From assembly GCA_051362555.1 (NCBI GenBank), contig CM120640.1, forward strand, positions 2,790,001 to 2,854,000: a DNA stretch of 64,000 bases, given 5' to 3'. Shown here one piece after another: positions 1 through 13,334 of this stretch. Under the pieces are notes generated by a model. It made no database searches. It was not told where the DNA came from and was given only the letters and a program-made list of their open reading frames with translations. Position 1 is the stretch's first letter, and each line of letters begins with the position of its first letter. Position numbers and translations under genes: made by a program. The stretch comes from Lingula anatina (taxonomy: Eukaryota > Animalia > Brachiopoda).

Positions 1-3000
1 CACATGCCGATAGGTGTTTCCACGTCATTTTGGAGAAAGAGAAATCCCAGGGTCTCACTCAGCCTGGATCAGGAGTATTCTGTGGTTGTTTATGTGTTGG
101 CGCGCACCTTGATAAAATCGTTGTAACGTGTTGTATACCTTCGGTCTGACACTTGATGTTATTGACAACCGAAATGGCAACAAGTCTGACACATTTCAAG
201 GTTATCCGTCTTAAGTTATAAGATTATCCTTATTAAATAAGATATGATAAAATATCGTGCAAAATGTTTGCGAATGGGCCTTGCTAATCTCTTCGTTGAC
301 TCACCTTAATTACCAATACTGCCACATATCTCTTACGGGAAAAGAAGCTATCTAAAAAAAAATGGATAGATGAAAAGATTTTGAAAATCAAACACTTCGA
401 CTTATATATAATTTGTTAGCTTTTGTATAGGAAAGTTCATCTAAGTCTGTTCAAGACTGGCACGTCGCTTAGCCTTCTGGAAGTGTTAGTGGTAGAAAGG
501 GGCGATACTCCGAAATTTGCGGAGTACTTACTCCTTATGTAAAGTTATCGAAATGAAAATGAAAATGAAAATGCAATAATCACTGATCCCTGCAGAAAAT
601 TGTGAAAACAACAGATGTTTAACATTCATTCCATAATATTTTGGGATTAAGAAAGTTAAATAAAGGAAACTGCAACGCTGAATGATGGAGGGGAGGGACC
701 GCGAGCAGGACCCTGGATGTTCTTATTTGCTAACAGAATTGTTCAAATGACTCAGGAACGGCTGTGTAAGTTTATTAATAGGCCAAAATCCAAAGCCGTG
801 TCACAATTCAAACCAGGTTTTGGAAGATTAAAGAGTGGGCATAAAGCGCTGTGTTTACTAACACGAATTTCAGATAGAAATGACGCAAACCAAGTAGAAA
901 GACATCCCCCTCCGGTCCCGCTTGAAATAGCTCAGCCTTTTATTTACAATTTGCATGTAGAGAGTAAACAACGTAGTGTCCGTCACAAACGTGTTGCAGC
1001 ACAACGTGTGTCCGTTACGTAAACTTACACGCACTTGATGACATTAACAACGTTCAATCAATAGCGGGAACCACAAGCAAATTTACTCGTATGTTTACAG
1101 GCCGGTCATGGTCAAATACGTGTCACAGGGGTGTAAATATGATTAAGATGATTAGCTTTCACCCTTAGGTCCACGGATGAAAAGTGTCACCAGGCGAAGA
1201 TTGTTCAACACATTGTCACTTTAATTACCTGCAAACTCATTTTGACTAGATCAATAGATATTTGGGTAAACTTTATATAAAAAAGGACAAGAATAGGCCA
1301 AAAGTCCTGGGCATTCGCTTAACATTGTGATAATCCCCACTCCATTGTTCAATTAATCGTTCAATAATATGCACACAGCTAAAGGGTATTAGTATTGGAA
1401 ATAGATTCATAATGTTGATGAATATCAATGATGTTTAGAGGGAAAACTTTCCAGCGCCCATTGACAAGGTGGGCATTCTTCCTTGTTTTTAGATAGTTGG
1501 CGAAAGAATTTCACAGTGTCAACACTGCCATAACGTTACACGATTTCCGTGCGTCTTGTGTACATTTTCCTCAATGTAGTCATTGAGGAGAGCGGATATT
1601 TGAGCACTGATCGGAGACTTACTGTGTTTTTCTATTTCTTCAGATACAGATTAGTAAAGAACTTCACCACATTTAAACTGCAACGGCTTAGTGTGGGCAG
1701 TAGAGAAAGAACAAGGAAGACTGCACAGAAGAAAGTCTTGCCGCAGCCCGAGGGTGAATGCCGGACCTACAGGGTAGCCCGTGTAAAGGAACCCGATCAC
1801 CATGAGTGAGGTGAGCTACGGGGCACGGTTTGCCCACCCAAGTCATTCCCAGTCACGGTTTTTCGTATTAAAGTAATGTAACCTACAGTCTCCGGAGCGG
1901 GATTGCATGTTGTTGTCATTTTATTTGATTGATATTCTTCGTTTGTTCAAAATATATACCCAAGCATAGCCACCGTGAATGGCGTTGATCACGAAAGCCC
2001 ACGCATTTTCACGTAGGCGTTGAAGTTGGTGATTGTCTGTCATAAGATATAGTGCTTGTATTCATACTCCCAGGCCAGTGCCAAGAGAAAGACCCATGTT
2101 CCAAATAATCTATTGTCTGCACACTATATATCTTTCTATATTCTTAATATTGTGCATGTTTCAAATGAAAAAAATAGCAAAAAGGGAACTTTAAATAGCA
2201 AAAGTAGTAGCCAGGAGCGATCTCGTTTAGTTGGTTACGAAATCTTTATTTCATATAGCACGCTATATTTGGGGAGGTCGAAATGATGTTTACGTAAGGT
2301 ACTAAAATAAAAAAAAAATACAAGATGAAAAAATGCAACCGCCGCTCACCATGAATAAACAATAGCAAAGTTTAAACCAAGAATCACAGACAAGAGCCCA
2401 ATTTTTTGGGGAAGAGAAACAGCGATAATTTAGTGACAACATTTATGCTTTTGTTTCCAGCTGTAGTTTGCTACTCTGTATTATCAGATATTCTTTATTA
2501 AATCACTCATTATTTCCATCTGCCTGTCCTTAACTCGGTCTCCACCGCCATCATCACACACGGTTTTATTTCCCCCTTCTCTCTGTTATCAGTAAGGTGC
2601 TGCCAGTCCTAACCCGTGCTTTCCACAGTAGCGCCTTTCCCCCCAATTAGAACATTCTGAAGAAAAATGCATTCCATCGTTTGACATTTAGTATATTTCA
2701 TCAATGGCATGCTCCCAGGGTATCCGAGAAGATGATCTTTTTCAAGTGAAAGGATAATCACATGCCTGTATCTTATCATTCTTTTCATAAGACTGCGTGA
2801 AATCGGTTTTATTGCAACACGAGAAGCGCCCAAACAGCGGGAAAGCGACGTCCCAGCGGTATGTTGAAGAGCGCTGCAACAACTTTTGGCCCGCAGATTT
2901 TAAGTATTTGTGAAGTTTGATCCTAATAGAATCACGAGGGACTGGCAAACACTCACCTGGGCGGAGAGCTCACACGTGTGAAAAAAAATCCACTTTAAAA

Positions 3001-6000
3001 TTTATTTACTTTTTACTCCCCGTGTTTACTCGAGAACCGACGTAAAGACACCGCACCATATCGCCCCATTGAGCGCGAAGAATACCCGTACAAATTCAAC
3101 ATTAATCCACTCTTCAGAGAGCAGTATCATTAAACGATAAATATTTTGAGGAAAACCTGAACCCCCGGGTTAGATTTCGTCCGGGTAAATACTACAATTG
3201 AGTTTCCTGGTGATCCGGGCCACCTGTGACGGCCTTAGCCTCCCTTAGGTAAACCCCACGGGGCACTAACGGAACAAACCTGTGCCTCTGACAATCGTTA
3301 AGTCTCGGTTCGTGTTGTGTAAGGCTTGTTTTGGTTACATTTGAAATTGGGACACCGTCACAGCTCTAACGATTGAATGAAGTTTTTTTAGCTGACATAA
3401 AATCATTGACTGTTGAGTGTATAGGTCTGCTTTAAATACACGCTTGTTCACGACTGACAGGACTTAAAACGTCCAGAGATGTGCCTTTGCTGTTAAAACA
3501 ATTACCAAAACTGCAGATAGAATCACATAAGCAGGTAAGCCGAAAGTGGGAGGTGTGTAGTGTTTAACACAGATTCAGGATAAGAGGTAGCGTACAGAAT
3601 ATCGTGGGTTATTATAGTTTATTTTAGAAGTTTATAGTTGATCTTTCTTTGCTTTCACTGGGGAATGTAGAGTAGGAGTCCGCAATGATTTTAACACTCA
3701 AATTCGGGTGTTTTTGTAAGAGTGTTTCTTTTTTGCCACCTGCTGATTAAAACACTGAAATTGAAATAATGAGAAGGTGGAAACGATCAAACTGTCTGGA
3801 ACCTGGTGTAAAACAAAATAGCAGATTTATTTTCCTCTGCGTGTGATGTAATTTCAGACGTTCCAGGTGGCTTTGTGACAAAGTGAGCCTTTGCATGTCC
3901 GAAAATAATTTACCCGTAGCGTAGCGAGTCTTCCAGTGATGTGACTTTTGCGTAGGATGCGTGTTGCTTGAGTGGCAGCATTATTGTTAGTTTGTAACCT
4001 AACGGATTTTGAGTACTTTCTCATTTATCATTCATTGTTTTCGGTCAGGGTCTGCAGTAGCTACTGTTATTTAACAAGATCTGGGATGTTCCCCATTTGT
4101 CTGTCTGGTTGTGACAGTAGAACGTAACGGATTTGTGACACTATTACATTTGTCAATAATGTATCACTCAGTGAATCTTAATAAATTACATTTCATCTAA
4201 CGGCTACTTTTGAGGCATTGTCTAATTTGAATAAGCATAGGCCCCTTTCTTTTCTGGTCTTTAAATTCAATCTGGCAACGTTCAGTTTAGTTTGGTATTT
4301 GGAAGTAATCGCCAAAAAAAAAGATATTTCACTGCGCGTGCTTTTTTTTCTTTCTTTTTTCTTTTTTTTTTTTTTTTGCCTTTTACCATTTTTTCATTCA
4401 CGTTTTTTATCGAACCCAAAATCTAGCTTTCTTTAATAACTATTGAACTTTGTCAGGCGGCCCATGCCTGGCAGTTCCGGGTGGTTATAAATAGCGGGTC
4501 GGACCATCGCTGTTTGTTTTAGTTCAGGTACGGCAGGTGAGAGCTTCAGGGTTGACATTTGGCAAGCTGGTCTTCACGATATCTCTGGTGACAGTCTAAT
4601 GACACGGTGCTCTAGGGTGACAGCCAGACAGTGTCATTTAGTCATCAAGGCGGTATAAGGCGTACGTGTACTTTCACCTTGTTCAGAGTTAAATACAGTA
4701 CATGGTGTTGCGGAGGCAGCAGGCAGGGACTAACAACGGTAATGGTTGATGGTTATTAAACAATGGTTGGTGGAGCGTTGGGGAATCCCTACTTTTTCTC
4801 GTGCATGTAAATAGCTAGACTGGATGGCATATTAGGTCGTCTTCAGTTCTTCAGATATTTATTTATTTATTTATTTTGGAAAGAATTGAGGTTTAAGGTA
4901 TAAGCACAGTAAAATGTTAAAACATACTGAAGCTATTCCGGGAAAACTGGGGCCTCTCCACGCTCTTCTTAGATAAGATAATCAAGTCTTTTTTTAAATA
5001 TTTCCAAAGTCGTTCAGAAAGATCTGAAAAAGAGGGATTTGCATTCTTCAGAGCATATGTGGTGGCAGTGTATCAAGAAATGAAGGCCTCCCGGGGTCCC
5101 TTCTCAGTGTTACCGGTGCCTGCTAGGATATCGAAAAATCAGAACGGAAAAATATCACTTTCACGTGGAATGGTCTAAGCCTCGCCCTTAAGTACCTGCG
5201 GTAAACAATCCCCGCCCCCGTGACACGGTGAAAAGGATTTTTGATAAGAACTAATACAAATAAATGACGGTGATCTTTTGATAATGTGAAGAATCAAGCA
5301 AGTATAAAAATAACCATTGGAAGTTCAAATTAAATAATAAAATGTTCCGCGGATTTTGCTAAGAGGATTTTCTCACTTTATTTCATGTCTCGGTTTACCC
5401 AATTTAACTACGAGTATAGGTTGCTGTCCAAATACTTCAAGAGAGGGTGGATAAAATGGAATTGCAGATGAACACTTGATAAATCTCGTGAAGTGGTATC
5501 GTGACCCCGGGGGTGGTGGGGATGGTGGTAACCTCCTTGGCAGGCTGCCATCTGTTTAGCTTTCACTGTGCCTGTCAAAATGTAGGCTATGCAATCAGCT
5601 TTTTTGGTTTCCTAATGCCTCTGAATATAGTTTAAAGAATCTTGCACATATGTGTGTTTGAGGTGTTTTAATGTGAAGTATCTTCTGTTTCGCGGTTAAC
5701 TGCACGAGGAATGAGAGGCACGGTGTGATCGTTAAGCCAAAGGTGTGACGTCCACAGAAGAAAGGGCGCGACACGCCTGATTAGAAAATCAATGATAGAT
5801 ACAGCTTGCATGGAATAAAAGGCGCCGAATGGCTAACTAATTAAACTAACCCTACTCTCCGTACCGGCTGAACTAATCGGTCAGTTTAGCCTAAAGAATA
5901 CTGTAGAATCTCATTGATCGGGTCGATCCTCTGGCATATTTGTGGCCGCGGGACTTGTACTATAAGTTTTGATATCCGCAAAGCACTGCCCTTCCCGCTT

Positions 6001-9000
6001 TGACTCTGTGGTGTTGGACTGACTTGTTTTGCCAACAGATCTTTTTCAAAATCAATTCGGTTTTCAAAAGTGATTTGGTTTCATAGTCATGACAAAAAGT
6101 TGTGTAATGACGCTCCAACCCACCGGCTATTCATTGGCATGCTTTGCTGCTGATGTGCCAGAGAGTGCGTTTACTCCAATATTTCAACTGCTCATTGAAA
6201 ATGTATTTCCACTTCTACAGTGAATAATTCATTATCTATGCAAAATAATACCGTGAAACTCGTGCGGCGTCTCTTGCCCATTGTGCTTAGGAGGTCATCG
6301 GGTATGTAATGCTGTTCAGCTGATCACAATACAACGGGGCCTATTTCTATTTACTCGCATTCCTTTACAACTTTGTATTTAATGTGTTTGTCCGTGCTGA
6401 TTTGCGGTAAACATTGAGACAATACATTCAGACAGGGATATGAAAACACTCGGATTCATAGGTGATGACCCGAACCCAGGGCAAAAATTCCAAACAAAAA
6501 ATATTAGAATAGCTTAATGTTTTGCAACAACGATGTCAAAAATTACAATATGAAACAACACTGTGTCTCTCCGCCCTTCTTGCCGCACGTGGTGCTGTAT
6601 TATGATTAAATAGAGGGTGAGGCGCCAGAAATTCTCCTCTTTTGTTTGTGAAAACAAATGTTTACGTTCATACATGTTTAATTATTATCAGGTCATGTAC
6701 CCTCTTATTCAAACCAATGGCATCGCCAAGCCAAAAAAGTTTTCTTTTCTTTCTTTTCTTTCCCACGATACGTGACTCTAATGAATTAATCAAATTGTCA
6801 ATTCTTATTTAGTTTAACGCTCAAGACGAAGAAAAGAATTGCTCTTAAATATTAACACTGTAAGGTGACGGGGCAAGGTTGATCCAGGTCGCTCGATTTC
6901 AGCTCGAATTAGTTCAGAAAACCCGAAATCAACAATGAACGCTGCTATTACAGAAACTCCCAGGTCTACAGTAGTCTAATAAATTTAAGGGGACCCCTTT
7001 TTATATATAGAATATATAAATCATTCACCAAGCGACGGTAACCGGGGCAGAAAGAGATGAATAATTCTTTTAAAGGATCGCCAGGCCTCCGTGCACATGA
7101 GGTGATTGTCTAAGATCTAGAGAGGGCATAATTTCAAATTAATTCACCATTCTCTGGTAATTTACATGCTGCTACATTGGTTGAGTCTGTTGCAAGGTAA
7201 ATTTAGATCTGTGTTGTTTTATCCGCCTGTCTATTGCTGGTACAGGAAGCATTAGTTAGGTCCTAGGACAGGCATAGAGGAAGAGGTAACAACCAGGTAG
7301 GTAAACGCCTCCGTGAGAGAGAGGCATGAATGAGATGTCATAGTATTTCACAGGGGAGCACAGCCCAATGGCATATTAGATAGAACACCTTCCTTAAATC
7401 GCCTGTGGTCGGAGATTTTCACTGAAAAAAATTATAAGCAAGGTTTTTACAAACAAAATTAAACCGATACAATGGAGGGGAGATTAAAGGAACTTATGCA
7501 GCCTACTGGTTTATACTGTCAAATTAACTACTAGCTTTTCGCAGGGGGACTGTCACCACAAAGGAAAACGCTCTCCAGATAGATGGATGGGGTGCAATAT
7601 TGTCCTTTAAGGCCACGCGCCAAACAAAACAGCTGCGCCGGTGTATTTCCAGTGACTAATGAGCACTGTTTTAACATTTTAGAAATCTCACTTTGTTTTG
7701 TTTTGAAATGTAGATCCGCGTTTCTATGTTAGTTGATAGGTGAGTCGCTCAGCTTTTCTTTAATTCGGTAATTTAAAAAACGCACGACTTCAACCAAAAA
7801 GGCAATAGTTGGCATTGTTCCTTCGACGAGAGCAGAATGGACAGATACGCCTCTTTTGTCTTTGCGACAATGACGAATGTCGTACTTTATCTGACAAGCG
7901 ACATGGGACTGAAAAAAGGGTGTTTTTTTGGTGTCGGATGTCCATGTTTTAACACAAGTTACATAGCTCAGATGTCTGAAAGGCTCATCAGCAGTTTTAA
8001 ATCGCAGGAGTTTGGCGTCATTTGCGTACGCGGTATACTGATTCAGTGGGAAAGTAATTTAGAGCGTGAGAATCTCCAATGTACTTAAACTGCATATTTT
8101 TTATTTAATATCTTTTTTCATTGAATCACAAGGGTTCACGATAAGGTTATTGTTCGCACTCGTGTGGCATTGTATCAATGTATCCAACATGTGACAAGAT
8201 AATAGACTGTATCATTATGACCAATACACCTATCCAAAGTTGTTGTCAGGGCTGATGATCATAGTTCATCAACGTCTATAGACGTCACACGGTGTAGGGC
8301 AGTGGAATATCTAATATCAATATTGCATGACAAAGATGATTGATAAACCAACACATTATTTAACATATAAAAGATAAGGATAGAGTAGAACGTTCACAGA
8401 AAAGACGATATTTCTTGGAGTCCCTTGGTCTAGGGGATGCGTTAAATTCGATATTTTATGACAACAGGATGTTGAATTGGACTTAATCAAGGTATTATCC
8501 AGCAATTAGTGTATCTTAAAGAAGAATCGCATCGAGGCAGTAGAAAGATTTTCGTCCCTTACTTAACGTTATCTTGCGTTTCAACCGTTGCAAGATGTGC
8601 GGCTGTCCGACATAAGGTCCTCGGTGGTCGTTTTAAGTTAAATATTCACCAGTAGTGACCATGACTTGATTTATGACCACTGGACAACAAGACAGAACAT
8701 TGACCTGTCAAAATTGGGGGGACATAACTAGTAGGTAGACTTAATTGCTGGTCGGAAACTCTTGTGACAAATGACGACGCGTGAATACGTTCGCTTCCTC
8801 TCTTTCGTCGAGAATCGAGATTAGTTAGCGGAGTTTACTTGGCATTGTCAGACCCAAGTAAATTGTAGACTGACTTGAAGGAAGTAAAAAGCCCGGGAGA
8901 ATACTGGTGGTTATATTAGATAGACCGCAGGAATCACGCCGGTGTCAAGTGATACGTGTATTAGTGATCAAGGATAAAAGTTTGTTATTGAGGTATGATG

Positions 9001-9373
9001 ATTTTTTTTAAATTCCTTTTAATTTTAGTAAAACCAACTGGGAAATGTTGACTTTTTACTGAAATTATAAGGTGTCGGTGGCATGATTTAAAACTTGTCT
9101 ACTTCAAGAGGACATACGTTCATGCCCGAAAGGGGAAAAAATGAAATTACTTATATCGTAAATAGTAAATACATATATGTCATATCATTTGTGGCTGCAT
9201 TGTCAGGAATGTTAAAGAGTACTTTAAAAGAGATGGATGGGAACAGCTCTGGGTAAATAAACACCTGTGTATTGTCGACCACTCTGTCACAGCTGCGTCA
9301 AAGCGACAGAATTACATTTTTGTTGACAACTTGACAACTTGACGTTTTTGTGTTGAAGAAATTTTAGTTTCGG

Positions 9374-9476
9374 TATTTATAGCGTTCTTTCATTTTTGGA
9401 TCTGTCGGGCACTTGCGAAATACTTGGATGATGAACGTCAAGATATTACTAGTTTAAACTGATCTGGTAGGTGAGA
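9374..9476 (+). promoter_or_regulatory. Candidate TATA-like box and non-coding first exon of the RASSF gene
   Basis: TATTTATA at ~9374 followed ~95 nt later by a donor-like TAG|GTGAGA (9470/9471). In-frame stops would make the exon UTR-only. Position-based inference only. Confidence 0.25.
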
Positions 9477-11966
9477 ACGTTGTTAGTACTACACCTGTTT
9501 TGTAACTGATATTTTCATAGTTTTATTGGTGTATTTGACATATTTTAGTGATGCAACAGCAAACTGTTTTGTTTTTTAGAGGTTCGAATATCCCTTTCAT
9601 TATTCAGGTGACATGTTTTGTAAAGGAGCATTTGGTTAGGGAAATATACCGGAGAAGTTCATAATTTCAAACATACGATTAAATCAGGTGGTGCAAATTA
9701 TCAGTTAAGCGTCGGGGCAATAAAACTAGCACGGTACGGGTCCCGTGACCGTGGTTTATTAGGCATATCACCCAGCGTATCACTGATAAAACAGCACGAT
9801 ATGTCGCCTTGCTGTCTGTACTATCTAGTCGTGATCTGTGCCCATACAACCTGAAGGTGATGTTTCTATTATTGTGTTATTAGGGCGGATCCAGGGGTGG
9901 TGTTAGATGGGGAGCGGTAGCTGTTTGATCTATTGTTTTTCTCAAGGTGTGGTTTGTGGGCCATAAGACCTGTAAGTGTTCTGAGAAAAGGTAAAGCGAC
10001 ATTTGTTTAAAAAATGTTTACCGCGTCGTCATATTGAAATTCTTAATGCTTTGGACAGAGCGAAAGGTAGATAATGGGAATGAAAAAAATTGCCTTAATT
10101 CACCATATTTACAAGTTATTTGTTGCTATTATCAGCGTAGCGTGTCCGCATGTCCCATCCCGTGCCTGGAGCGAGGGTGTCTTTGATAATAAGGATGGTG
10201 CTGCGACATAAACAACGCTAAAATGAATACAATCTTGTCAAAGTGCGGGTACACTAGAATTGGGTTGGGTAGGAAGCAGAAAGAGCAGTTAATTACCACT
10301 ACCAAAACTCATAAACCACATTTAAAATGTTATTTGTGAAGGAGTTATTTTCCGCTAAATATCAAGTTACGATCGAAGAGGATTGGAAAAAGAAGTATTG
10401 GTTACCGCCTCACATTATTGTGGCATACGCAGAGGCTATTGTTGTTTCAATTGGCAAAATTGCAGAACTTAACGTTTTTCTTAACCTTTCCTACGTGCGT
10501 GTCTTGTATTTTTTCATCATTCCCTAAAAGTCATTTTCCCATTTAAAGTTCATAGTGAATAGCAAATAAATACCTGATTCGTATTCTACGTGAAATTGGT
10601 TGGAGTGGGAAATTTAAACGATGCATACCAGTCTTGACATCAAATGCCAGTCGAAAAGAATGAATGATGTATCGTTTGACATGAGCTGAGCGAGAATAGT
10701 AAAAAAATAACTCGCATTTTATTTCAGTTACTCATAACAGTCAATAACACACCGAGATGTAAGAAATAACCTGTGTGATTCAAAGAACACGTTGTTGTTA
10801 TGAGTGTTATAATTCTGCAAGAGCAGTGAACTTTATACATTGATGTGTCAGTAATTCATATCGCTGATAAAATATTGAAAATACGCTGCCCACATACATA
10901 TTTCTGGCATGTTTCTATTACTGTGTCCACATTTCTTGAATTATTGTGTTAGTGAAACGGGGGCTGTGAAGTACGCAGAGTGTATCGGAGTGCGGGTCAG
11001 CAATGTCGCCAGGACCCCTAAAAATACTTCTAAAACATACACAGAGCGTTTACACAGCTTAAATTTTCGTTTTGCTCTGACATTCACTGAATGTTTATGG
11101 GAGCGTGAAAGTTTGAATGGCAATGTTGAAACTACGGGACCTCATCAATTGCACAACTCCTAACAGAAATAACACTTTCAGATTTTTGGGGTTTAATAGA
11201 AGCAGGGTGTACACTTATGCTTTTCTTTCAACTAATAATACCCCTTTCTTTGGAGCCACAAGTCTCAATATTTTTGTTACAGTTGTTTGAACAATATAAT
11301 GTAAAAGACGACAGTTCCGAATCAAGTTCCGTTTGTTATTTTAAGCTATGAGAAAAGGTGTTGAAACTATACCTTTCAAAGGAGGGTTTTATGTTGCAGT
11401 TCATGTAACTTAAAAGGTTTACGGTCCATTCGGCCTTTCACCTGATAGAGAACTAGGTAAAGTGACGACATACAAGGGGGAAGGTAAAATGAAACCGTTT
11501 TCCATACCCCAAGCACGCACGCTTCGCGGCCGTTACAGTTCTTCAAACAAATCAAAGAATGACGGGAATAAATTACACTTCCACGCCTCACAAGGTGTGC
11601 TGTGATTCACGATGTGCACACACTATGACCTAACTTCTGTATAATACTTTGTTTTTCTTCAACACCCCCTTTGAACGCTGAACAGATCTTTCTCTTGGCA
11701 TTCTCTCAAGGTGGTCAATCAGTGAAAGCTTGAAATACTTTGTCAGCCAATCACTGGTGAGAAATGTGTGTCACATGATCTCCGGGCACCTCGAGTGTTC
11801 TGTTGCCTACACACATTCATAAATCACAGTGGTTGTGCTTGGGTTGAGTTGCCTTTACTCTTGGTGCTATGTGGAACTAGATTGGAACTTGTTCTGACTT
11901 GACTTTGAGTAATGTTGTGTTTTGTTTTACTACAACGACTGCCATTGATTCTTTCAGAGTGATAAT

Positions 11967-13334
11967 ATGGATGGAATCCCACCAGGTGCTCCAGAGATCC
12001 CCGTACTGGTTGGTGGGTGTGAAAAATGGGTGACAGGACTCACCAAGAGAACCACGTGCGATGATGTGATCTACGCTCTCTTACAGACTGAAAGGAATAC
12101 TAACTCCTCCATTGACACCCAATCTTATGTGGTCTTCGAACGATGGAGAGACATGGAAAGGCCCCTTCAGGGTCGGACCAAAATATTGAAGGTTTGGAGA
12201 GCGTGGGGCAATGAGCAAGAGAATGTGACGTTTACTATGAGGAAAATCAACTGTGTTAAAGATTCGAGGGAAGTCATAAAATCTCGAAGGCATCGTAAAC
12301 CGGCCCGTGACAGATCGGAAAAATACGATCGCAGGGACAGCTCTAGTTCTAGAGAGCGAAATAGTGGTAGTCGGTCCACGTCCAAGGAGAAGGGACAGAG
12401 AGTCGACAGACACAAAAACGCAGCTATAACGACTGCATCTCCCTCTCGACTACAGACTCTAGAACAATTGGTACAGAAAGTTATATCCCAGGAAAAAGTG
12501 ATACAGGATCAAATGGCTCGGCTCCGTGACACAGACAAAGAAATCGAGGAACACGAAACCCTTCAGCACATCCACCGGGTGCAAGAGAACGGAGAAAACT
12601 ACGTGCAGGATGCGTACCTCAAAAACATAGCCGAGGACAGCTTGGAGGAGGTGTTCCAGGGAGTCACTCCAGAAAACATGGAGACTTACGTGAAACTCCT
12701 GGAACAATTAGTACAGTTGGACGACATGATTAACCAGGAGCAGACGAGAATTGAGAACCTCTCGTATCAAATATTGGATGAAAGTACCACGGAGGCTCCA
12801 TCTTCAGAGAGCGACGAAAGCCGGTGGGTCCATGACAGGATGAGGCAGGGGAAGGGACAGTCGACTTCCGAGGTCCTACAGGAGGCCAACATCCTCCGTA
12901 CTGCCTTGAAGAGAAGTATTTCTCTGAACTCGTCGCAGAGAACGGAAATTGAACGGGTGAATACTACGGTAAATGACGTTGAAATGCAATTAAGGCTTAA
13001 ACGAGAATACCTCACAAGTTTAATGGAAGAAATAGAGGCGGAGGAAAACCTCGCTGGGGAAAATTTTGACGAGGCGTTTGTATCTCAGGACTATCCACCA
13101 AACGGTGGTGTTTACGCTGGCGAGGTCGGTGACGAATTTGACATCTCCGGCGGCGAGGAAGTCATTAGTGATAATTACTATTCAACGACACACATCCCAT
13201 ATGTCACTGTTCATACTTGGGAAAACGTGTCAAAATACAAAAACGAAGACAATGACTCAAATTCAGACACGGGACTGAGTTCTCTCCACAGCGATGAGGC
13301 TACTCCGACGCCTATCCTAGAAACCCTGGTCTGA
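11967..13334 (+). CDS. RASSF10: N-terminal Ras-association domain protein, RASSF9/RASSF10 (Meru-like) group
   Basis: 455-aa ORF. N-terminal RA domain (IPVLVGGCEKWVTGLTKRTTCDDVIYALL...ERWRDMERPLQGRTKILKVWRAWG), central coiled-coil-like segments, and C-terminal DSNSDTGLSSLHSD...ETLV resembling RASSF9/10 termini. An acceptor (tttcag, ending 11957) 9 nt before the ATG implies a 5'UTR exon upstream. RASSF9 versus RASSF10 cannot be resolved. Confidence 0.92.
   Translation: MDGIPPGAPEIPVLVGGCEKWVTGLTKRTTCDDVIYALLQTERNTNSSIDTQSYVVFERWRDMERPLQGRTKILKVWRAWGNEQENVTFTMRKINCVKDSREVIKSRRHRKPARDRSEKYDRRDSSSSRERNSGSRSTSKEKGQRVDRHKNAAITTASPSRLQTLEQLVQKVISQEKVIQDQMARLRDTDKEIEEHETLQHIHRVQENGENYVQDAYLKNIAEDSLEEVFQGVTPENMETYVKLLEQLVQLDDMINQEQTRIENLSYQILDESTTEAPSSESDESRWVHDRMRQGKGQSTSEVLQEANILRTALKRSISLNSSQRTEIERVNTTVNDVEMQLRLKREYLTSLMEEIEAEENLAGENFDEAFVSQDYPPNGGVYAGEVGDEFDISGGEEVISDNYYSTTHIPYVTVHTWENVSKYKNEDNDSNSDTGLSSLHSDEATPTPILETLV

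Noticed and set aside
9725-9753. CTAG plus hairpin resembling a Helitron end
   Set aside because: No matching other end or internal structure was found, so it may be chance.
12081-13278. Antisense and alternate-frame ORFs over RASSF (likewise those over the ZNF and RhoGEF exons)
   Set aside because: Shadow ORFs of real coding exons without independent motifs.
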